Positions 57,617 through 64,000 of a DNA stretch of 64,000 bases are shown here, piece after piece. The notes beneath the pieces are model-generated. The model saw only the letters and a list, made by a program, of their open reading frames with translations. It was not told the origin of the DNA and made no database searches. Source of the stretch: a bacterium (GTDB lineage Archaea > Thermoplasmatota > E2 > JACPAO01 > JAHFTW01); assembly GCA_040390065.1 (NCBI GenBank), contig JAZJZE010000009.1, forward strand, positions 128,001-192,000, read 5' to 3'. How positions within the stretch are numbered: the first letter of the stretch is position 1; each line of letters starts with the position of its first letter. The translations under genes were made by a program, and so were the position numbers.

Positions 57617-57688
57617 GGAGACGGACGCGCAGCGTCCGGCGGACGCCCGATGCGCCAGGGGCGCGAGGGTTCGCGTGAACTGCGCGAG

Positions 57689-57761
57689 TGGAGCGGAGGG
57701 GATTCGAACCCCTGGCCTCGTCCATGCCAAGGACGCGATCTTCCAACTGATCTACCGCCCC
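57689..57761 (-). tRNA. tRNA-Ala(GGC)
   Basis: Cloverleaf with G3:U70; anticodon arm CGTCC-TTGGCAT-GGACG. Confidence 0.96.
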
Positions 57762-57857
57762 GTATTGCGACGGGTTTTTTTGGGTCGGCGCGCCTCTTAC
57801 GGCATGCCGGGCGAGCGGCCCAAAGTGGGTTGGTATAAGAGGCCGCCGACAGCCGCA

Positions 57858-58325
57858 CTAGCGTTTTCTCCCCAGGCGCCGGCGTTTGGCGGGCTCCGGA
57901 ACAACGACCGCGGGTTCGACATCGCCGGGCACGACTTGCCACTTCGTGCCGTAGTAGATGACGCCAGAGTCACCGTCGGCACCGAGGCGGCGGAAGACCG
58001 ACTTGACGGCGGCACCGGCCCGTACGGCGTCGGCGGGGGAGTCGACGACTTGCCCGGTCACGAGGGGGCCCTCCTCCGTCTGCACGAGGGCCAAGGCGTA
58101 GGGGACCTGGAACTCGTAGCCGGGCGCCGGGCGGTGCACGCGCGTCCATTCGAGGATGCGGCCGCGGCCGGACAGTTTCACCGCCGTCATCTTCCCAATG
58201 GACGCCCGGCGGCATTTGGGGCATACCGTGCGCGCGGGGAAGTGGATGGTCGCGCAGTTGCCGCACTTGCTGGCCTCGAGATTGTAGCGCTCCGGAATCT
58301 CGCGCCAGAACCGGGGCACGCTCAT
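57858..58325 (-). CDS. DUF35 Zn-ribbon/OB-fold scaffold protein
   Basis: VPRFWREIPERY, CGNC...CPKC and GVIYYGTK motifs. Confidence 0.94.
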   Translation of the reverse strand: MSVPRFWREIPERYNLEASKCGNCATIHFPARTVCPKCRRASIGKMTAVKLSGRGRILEWTRVHRPAPGYEFQVPYALALVQTEEGPLVTGQVVDSPADAVRAGAAVKSVFRRLGADGDSGVIYYGTKWQVVPGDVEPAVVVPEPAKRRRLGRKR

Positions 58326-59533
58326 CGCGGCGCCTCCAAGACGTGGACGACCGCGGTTGCGCCGGTGCCGCCGACGTTGTGCGTGAGCGCAATGCGCGCG
58401 TCCTTCACTTGGCGGGCCTCCGCCTTGCCGCGCAATTGCCATGTCGCTTCGCAGACCTGGGCGATTCCGGTAGCACCGGCGGGGTGGCCGCGGGCCTTGA
58501 GGCCGCCCGACGGGTTGACGACGGGCAGGTCGCCGCCGAAGGTCGTGCGGCCGTCCTGGACCGCAGCGCCACCGTCGCCCTTGCGCACGAAGCCCAAGTC
58601 CTCGATGGCCAAGATCTCGGCGATGGTGTAGCCGTCGGAGACTTCGGCGAGTTGGATGTCGCCAGCGGAGACGCCGGCTTCGGTGTACGCGCGACGAGCG
58701 GCCTGTTCGGTGGCCCGCATGGCGGTGATGGTGGGACGGGAATGCAGGGCAAGGGAATCACTGGCTTGCCCCGAGCCCGCGACGAGGATTGGGTCCTTGC
58801 GGTACGAACTTGCGACGGCGCCGCTTGCGAGGACGACGCAGGCCGCCCCGTCGGAGATGGGGGCGCAGTCGAACATCGTGAGGGGCTCGGCGACGAACGG
58901 CGCCTTCAGCACAGTGGCGAGGTCGATGGGCTTGCGGAATTGCGCCAGCGGATTCTTCGAGCCGTGCAGGTGGTTCTTGACGGCGACTTGGGCGATCTGC
59001 TCGCGCGTCGTGCCGAATTCGTGCATGTGGCGTTTGGCCATGAGGGCATGCAGGGCCGCGTCGGTCGCGCCGAAGAAGTGCTCCCATTCCTGGTCGATGC
59101 CTGCGGATGCGATGGCCTGCGCGTCCGCGTCGGACACGTCGGTCATCTTCTCGATGCCGCCCACGACGACGATGTCGGCCGAGCCGCTGCGGATGAGCTG
59201 GACGGCCTGGCGGAAGGCGACCGCGCCCGAGGCTCCCGCAGCTTCCACGCGAGTGGCGGGGATATGCTGGTCGGCAAGACCGGCCCCGTCCAACAGCAAT
59301 GGAGCCACGTGTTCCTGGCCGACGAGTTTGCCAGTGCTCATGGTGCCGACGAAAACGGCGTCGATGGCGTCGCCTTGGACGCCCGCGTCCTGGATGGCGG
59401 CGAGGCCGGCTTCCGTCATGAGGTCACGGTAGGATTTTTCCCACTGTTCGCCGAACCGCGTCTGGCCGGCACCGATGACGAAGGCGTCCGGGCGTTCTTG
59501 CTTGCGTTTGGCGGGCGGCGTGCGGGGGCTCAT
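58322..59533 (-). CDS. Archaeal acetoacetyl-CoA thiolase homolog with altered catalytic motifs
   Basis: GIEKMTD, NPLAQF, PISDGAA, NPSGGLKARGHP and HNVGG motifs; operon context. Confidence 0.92.
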   Translation of the reverse strand: MSPRTPPAKRKQERPDAFVIGAGQTRFGEQWEKSYRDLMTEAGLAAIQDAGVQGDAIDAVFVGTMSTGKLVGQEHVAPLLLDGAGLADQHIPATRVEAAGASGAVAFRQAVQLIRSGSADIVVVGGIEKMTDVSDADAQAIASAGIDQEWEHFFGATDAALHALMAKRHMHEFGTTREQIAQVAVKNHLHGSKNPLAQFRKPIDLATVLKAPFVAEPLTMFDCAPISDGAACVVLASGAVASSYRKDPILVAGSGQASDSLALHSRPTITAMRATEQAARRAYTEAGVSAGDIQLAEVSDGYTIAEILAIEDLGFVRKGDGGAAVQDGRTTFGGDLPVVNPSGGLKARGHPAGATGIAQVCEATWQLRGKAEARQVKDARIALTHNVGGTGATAVVHVLEAPR

Positions 59534-60588
59534 TCCGTCGACCCCATGACGAGCTTGCCGCGGAACTTGGCGTAGGTGGCGTAGTCGATGCGCGTCGTCG
59601 ATGCGAGCCTGGCCTCGAGGCTGTCCTCTTCGGTGCGCGAGTAGGCGTCGATGTTGCGGGTGACGGTCATGCTGAAGGCGTCAGAGCCGGCGCCCGAGCC
59701 GTAGCCGCAGACGAAGATCGTGTCGCCGGCGGCGGCTTGGTCGAGGATATTGCACAGCCCCAGCAGGACCGCGGCGGAGTACGTGTTGCCGATGCGTGGC
59801 GCGAGCAGGCCCGCTTCCGTTTGCTCCGGCGTGAAGCCCAACTTCTGGGCGGCCGCGGTCGGGAACTTCCCGTTGGGCTGGTGGAAGACGGCGTGCGTGT
59901 AGTCCTTCGCGAGCGTGTCCGTATCTGCAAACAGGCGTTCGGCGCACATGCGGACGTGCCGGAAGTACGCGGGCTCGCCGGTGAACCGTTCGCCGTGGCT
60001 GGGATACTTCTGTCCCTCGCGGCGCCAGAAATCCGGCGTGTCGGACGTGAAGGAGACGGTGTGCTCGATGTCGGCAAGGATGTGTTTCTTGTCGCCGCCC
60101 AGGAGCATCGCGGCGGCCCCCGCAGAGGCAGAATACTCGAGTGCGTTGCGTGGAGCCCCTTGACTCGTGTCGGCCCCGATTGCGAGCACGGTCTTGCACA
60201 TCCCGGAGGCGACGAGGCCCATGCCGGACTGGATTGCGGCCGTGCCGGCCTTGCAGGCGAACTCGTAGTCGGCCATCGTCATGTACGGGTTCGCGTCGAG
60301 CGCGGCCTGCACGATGGTCCCGGTGGGCTTGACGGCGTACGGATGCGATTCGCTTCCCACGTAGAGGGCACCGATGTCGGCCGGCGTCGTCGGGGCGCGG
60401 CGCATGGCTTGCCGGGCGGCTTCGACGCTCATCGTGGCGACGTCCTCGTCGATCGCTGGCACCGACTTCTCGAGGACGTTCAGGGACTTGCCGACGTTGG
60501 CGTCGTCGCCCCAGACGCGGGCGATCTCCTCCGCCTGGATGCGGTAGCGCGGCACGTACGCGCCGTAACTGGTGATGCCCACGGGCAT
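59530..60588 (-). CDS. Archaeal hydroxymethylglutaryl-CoA synthase
   Basis: GSESHPYAVKP, EFACKAGT, FHQPNGKFP, IGNTYS and GSGAGSD motifs. Confidence 0.96.
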   Translation of the reverse strand: MPVGITSYGAYVPRYRIQAEEIARVWGDDANVGKSLNVLEKSVPAIDEDVATMSVEAARQAMRRAPTTPADIGALYVGSESHPYAVKPTGTIVQAALDANPYMTMADYEFACKAGTAAIQSGMGLVASGMCKTVLAIGADTSQGAPRNALEYSASAGAAAMLLGGDKKHILADIEHTVSFTSDTPDFWRREGQKYPSHGERFTGEPAYFRHVRMCAERLFADTDTLAKDYTHAVFHQPNGKFPTAAAQKLGFTPEQTEAGLLAPRIGNTYSAAVLLGLCNILDQAAAGDTIFVCGYGSGAGSDAFSMTVTRNIDAYSRTEEDSLEARLASTTRIDYATYAKFRGKLVMGSTE

Positions 60589-60659
60589 GGCGAACGTTCG
60601 ACCAGGAGGGCCGTCATAAGCGTGCCGAGGGAACTGTCGGCATTTGACGAGGGCGCGAG

Positions 60660-60932
60660 AAAGCCTGCTTCCCCCAGGCCAACGGGCGATTCCTCCTTTG
60701 CTCCGACGGCGGCGGAACACAGATTGCGACGAATCCGTCATGACACGCGCGTAGGCCCCCGGCCGGGGCGAGCTGGTATTGCAAGCGCCTCGGCGCGAGC
60801 ATGCCAGGGGTCGCGGGGGCCGGCAGGCCCCCCGGCGGGGGGAAACGGGCGGGGGGCGGCAGCCCTCCGCCGCGATGTCGCGAGGCGAAGCCGAGGCAGG
60901 ACATCGCAAATGATCGACCTGTTTTCAGGTCG
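60660..60932 (+). mobile_element. Structured dispersed repeat, full-length copy E4
   Basis: Ends AAATGATCGACCTGTTTTCAGGTCG; flanked by GCGCGAG at 60653 and 60932; left half homologous to 63647-63753. Confidence 0.82.
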
Positions 60933-60949
60933 CGCGAGGGCCACCGCGG

Positions 60950-61110
60950 GCCTGAAAGACCCGGAGGCCGCGGAAAAAACCGGAAAGCGACCTTTCCAGT
61001 CCTCGGCGACTTCGCTGTCTTTCAGGCATCGGCGGCCTGGGAGAACCGGAGACGACGGGAGAACAGGAACTCATTCCCGTTCTCTCCACTGGATTCCTGT
61101 TCTCCCAGGC
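60950..61110. repeat. Two adjacent long palindromes
   Basis: GCCTGAAAGAC...GTCTTTCAGGC, then GCCTGGGAGAAC...GTTCTCCCAGGC (copy 2 of the 1511 family). Confidence 0.8.
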
Positions 61111-61204
61111 CTCCCACACCCAGCCACGCGGCCACCCAACCTGCGCCGCCGCCATCGCAGGTTGACGTGGCCGGCCATCGGACTTGTGTCGCGTGGCCGA
61201 TGCG

Positions 61205-61927
61205 TCAGGCCATGACGGTCGCTGGCCCTTGATCCACGAGCCGGGGCCCGCCCGCCGTGACGATGCGCAGCCGGCCTTGCTCGTCGACTCCATCCGCCAC
61301 GCCCTGCACATCATGGCCACCGGACGGGACGGACACGCGTTTCCCCTTCAGCCAGTCACGTGCGCGGAACGCGGCAAGCACCGACGTCGGGTCGCGGGCC
61401 CGCAACGCCTCGAGCCAGACTCCGACCCGGTCGAGCATCAGCGACTCCAGATCGGGGATGCAGGATTCGCAGTGCAGCGCCTCCTCCAGCGTCGTGGCCG
61501 TCGTCCCCAGGCCGTTTGGGAAACGCGAGGCTGCGCCGTTGACGTTCACGCCGATGCCGACGACGAGAAAATCCAGTTTTGGCCCCGTCCACTCGCCTTC
61601 GACGAGGATGCCGGCAATCTTGCGGTCGCCTACGAACACGTCGTTCACCCACTTGAGTCGCGGCTCGACGCCCGCCACCTCGAGGGCATCACCGACGGCG
61701 TTGCCCATGGCCAAGGTCAGCAGGCGGGCATCGGACAGGTCGCGCACGACGAAGGAAAGATACAATCCGCCCTTGGGCGCGTGCCAGGTGTGGCCGCGTT
61801 GGCCCCGCCCCGCCGTCATTTCTTCCGCCACGATGACGGAACCTTCGGGTGCGCCGGCGCGGGCCCGCTTGCGGGTCTCGTCCATGGTCGATGCGCAGGA
61901 CGCGACGCGGTCGACCACCCACTTCAT
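61205..61927 (-). CDS. birA: Biotin--protein ligase
   Basis: STMD, GRGQRGHTW, LKWVND, KIAGIL and GIGVN motifs. Confidence 0.95.
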   Translation of the reverse strand: MKWVVDRVASCASTMDETRKRARAGAPEGSVIVAEEMTAGRGQRGHTWHAPKGGLYLSFVVRDLSDARLLTLAMGNAVGDALEVAGVEPRLKWVNDVFVGDRKIAGILVEGEWTGPKLDFLVVGIGVNVNGAASRFPNGLGTTATTLEEALHCESCIPDLESLMLDRVGVWLEALRARDPTSVLAAFRARDWLKGKRVSVPSGGHDVQGVADGVDEQGRLRIVTAGGPRLVDQGPATVMA

Positions 61928-62373
61928 CGCGCCTTGCCCCCGGCCGCGCCGTGACCACCGGCGCCGACCTGGCAGAGCTCGATGAGCACGCCGCCCGTCT
62001 CGGACGGGTGGATGAAGGCGATGCGCTTCCCCTCGGCGCCGCGCCGCGGCGTCTTGTCGATGAGCTTCACGCCGCGGGCCGCAAGACGCGCGAGCTCAGC
62101 ATCCAGGTCGTCGACGCGGAACGCGATGTGGTGGACGCCGACGCCACGCTTGGCCAGGAACTTCCCGACAGGCGTGTCCGGCCCGGTGGGCAAGAGCGCC
62201 TCGACCACGGTGTCGGATGCGCCGACGGGGAAGAAGCGCGTCGTGACGCCCTGGTCGGCGACCGTCTCGTCGGTGCCGCGCCGCTTCAGGCCGAGGATGT
62301 CCTCGTAGATGCGACTTGCATCGGCAAGCGATTCGACGGCGACGGACACTTGGTCCACGCACAGGATGGCCAC
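61924..62373 (-). CDS. mce: Methylmalonyl-CoA epimerase
   Basis: QGV, KFLAKRGVGVHHIAF and FIHPSETGGVLIEL motifs. Confidence 0.9.
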   Translation of the reverse strand: MAILCVDQVSVAVESLADASRIYEDILGLKRRGTDETVADQGVTTRFFPVGASDTVVEALLPTGPDTPVGKFLAKRGVGVHHIAFRVDDLDAELARLAARGVKLIDKTPRRGAEGKRIAFIHPSETGGVLIELCQVGAGGHGAAGGKAR

Positions 62374-62396
62374 GCTGCGGTGCAGTGACGCGCCGT

Positions 62397-62651
62397 TTAC
62401 GGCCTTTGCGCCGCGGGGCGCCGCATCATGGGCACCACGAACGCCGCGCCGAAGCCCGCGACGAGGACGCCAAGCGGCGCAAGCGGCGGCAACGGCGCGC
62501 CCAGGGCCGAGAGGCCGAGGACCCCCAGGCTTGCCGCCCCGGCGAGGCGCAGCGTCCTCGAATCGAGGAGGCGCAACGGCAGGAGCGCCGCGGCCACGAT
62601 GCTGATCGCTCCCGCTGCGCCAGCAATGGCGGCGCCGACTACGGCGTCCAC
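62397..62651 (-). CDS. Small membrane protein
   Basis: Hydrophobic ORF overlapping the upstream gene end. Confidence 0.5.
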   Translation of the reverse strand: MDAVVGAAIAGAAGAISIVAAALLPLRLLDSRTLRLAGAASLGVLGLSALGAPLPPLAPLGVLVAGFGAAFVVPMMRRPAAQRP

Positions 62652-63196
62652 CGCAATGCCACCTCCAGGACCCCGGCGCCGCCGGTCACCCAGATGGGCA
62701 TGGGCACGCGTGCCGGGCGAGGCAACCGCCAGCCGGCGACTTCGGCCGCGACGAGGAACAACACGATGCCGGCCGCTTTGGGCAGCACGTGGAGTGTGGC
62801 GGCCTGGCCGAGGCGCGAACCCACGGCGACGGACGCCACCGTCGACGCGACCGTGACCGCCGCAAGGACGGCGAGGGCGCGCAAGTCGCCGCGCTGCCGG
62901 GGGCGGGAGGCAAACGCCTGCTGCGCCGCAATCCATGCACCGGCTCCCGCAACGACCGTGAGGCCGACAGCAATGGCGCCGCCGAGACTGGACAGTTGGC
63001 CGGATGCTGCCATGAGCACGAGCGTTCCATCCACCGCCGACAGGAGCGACAACAGGTAGAGATTGGACAATCCGCGCGCCGGCGCCGCTGCGGCGGGCAG
63101 CCGCGTGCGGACCACGACGACTGGAGGCGAGTCTGGCACGACTGGGAGCCGACGCGAAGGGACGGCCGGCTCCTTGCCGTCAGCGCCGCCGCTCAC
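62639..63196 (-). CDS. Membrane protein
   Basis: Four to five hydrophobic segments. Confidence 0.6.
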   Translation of the reverse strand: MSGGADGKEPAVPSRRLPVVPDSPPVVVVRTRLPAAAAPARGLSNLYLLSLLSAVDGTLVLMAASGQLSSLGGAIAVGLTVVAGAGAWIAAQQAFASRPRQRGDLRALAVLAAVTVASTVASVAVGSRLGQAATLHVLPKAAGIVLFLVAAEVAGWRLPRPARVPMPIWVTGGAGVLEVALRWTP

Positions 63197-63341
63197 GACT
63201 CTCCACTCCGGTGAGTCCCACGACGAGGACGGATCCGTCGGTGCGACCGAGCACGGACTCGAAGTCGAATCCAGTGCCGTCGGTGCAGGCGTTCTTCAGT
63301 GCAGGCGTGTGGTCTTGGTATGGCTTAGGCTGGTTCATCAT
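63180..63341 (-). CDS. Small hypothetical protein
   Basis: MMNQPKPYQDH... 53 aa; overlaps the next gene start. Confidence 0.35.
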   Translation of the reverse strand: MMNQPKPYQDHTPALKNACTDGTGFDFESVLGRTDGSVLVVGLTGVESRERRR

Positions 63342-63646
63342 GGGGACGCACCTCACAACGCCAGCAAGCGTCGAAAGATGCGTCAATCGTGCTTGCAGGC
63401 AAACGTGGGAGCGACCTTGCTGCCGCCCCACATGCGCATAGGCGTGGGGTGGTGGCACTGGCCGCTCACGATTGAAACGATGACGAGCACCCCTTCATAG
63501 GTGTTGCTGGACGGTTGTGGCGAATTCCGCAGAAGTGGGCGCTGCGGATTCGGAAAACGAAGCCGACGACGATGGACGAACCGCCGATTTCGCCGATACC
63601 TCCGATGCGACCAACGCCGCTACCAATCGCCCTCGTTGGTGCTGCA

Positions 63647-63840
63647 AACCTGCTTGGCAACCGCCAACGACGGATTCCCCAAACCTCCGACGGCGGCGAC
63701 TGCAACCAGGGAATCCAACATGGCGAAGTGGAACGCCCCCGGCCGGGGCGAGCACGCCGTCGGCGATAGCCGCGGCGAAGCGAGGGCTTGGCAAGCCCGC
63801 AGCGAAGCGGGCGGGCCAGGGCCGCCGGGGGCCCTCGCGA
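63647..63840 (+). mobile_element. Divergent copy E5 of the structured repeat (left half, no terminal hairpin)
   Basis: Collinear CCTGCTT, CCAACG, GATTCC, CTCCGACGGCGGCG and GCCCCCGGCCGGGGCGAGC blocks shared with 60661-60773. Confidence 0.7.
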
Positions 63841-63968
63841 GTTACGGGAGGCCTGGAAAAACAGTGAACCATCTGAAAATGGGGGAAGCCCGCGTTTTGG
63901 ACTCTCATGCATTTCATGGGGTTCACTGTGCATCCAGGCCGCCCACACTCCACCGACGGGCGGACCAG

Positions 63969-64000
63969 TGAACACACTGAACCCACTGAACGCCGTGCGT
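63969..64000. repeat. CACTGAAC periodic repeat, truncated by the window edge
   Basis: CACTGAACCCACTGAACGCCGT is identical to part of 30402-30464. Confidence 0.75.

Noticed and set aside
60910-60933. Element-encoded peptide MIDLF(A/S)GR
   Set aside because: The ATG is CTG in the 15.5 kb copy and downstream frames differ; the hairpin explains the conservation better.
63466-63986. ORFs at the right end of the window
   Set aside because: Several overlapping motif-free frames cross repeat DNA; the region appears non-coding.

Overview
This is a very GC-rich archaeal chromosome segment. Archaeal markers include TBP, Dph2, a class I CCA-adding enzyme, alpha2-type GlyRS, archaeal ProRS, a METTL5-like methyltransferase and the HMG-CoA synthase/thiolase/DUF35 operon. 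A Thermoplasmatota-like lineage is my inference. Housekeeping genes alternate with an aroyl/acyl-CoA catabolic set (BoxB-like epoxidase, three crotonases, 3-hydroxyacyl-CoA dehydrogenase, ALDH, alpha/beta hydrolase), a membrane fatty-acid desaturase, many secreted or membrane orphans and two tRNAs (CAT and Ala-GGC). The most striking signal is non-coding. The 3' ends of four host genes (proS, a crotonase, the desaturase and tRNA-CAT) are each duplicated downstream, and three of the duplications bracket a single cargo gene. A dispersed, structured repeat ending in the hairpin CGACCTG-TTTG-CAGGTCG abuts the proS and tRNA duplicates exactly and occurs at two more sites with short direct repeats. 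This suggests an undescribed system that inserts gene cassettes behind host genes; no enzyme for it is encoded in the window. Other leads are a candidate ~125-nt ncRNA upstream of proS, a thiolase lacking its catalytic residues, two multi-TM/TerB-like receptor modules with small Cys-motif neighbours, and ~9-bp-periodic palindromes at gene boundaries. All calls come from reading the sequence; no searches were run, and many start codons were re-chosen by eye.
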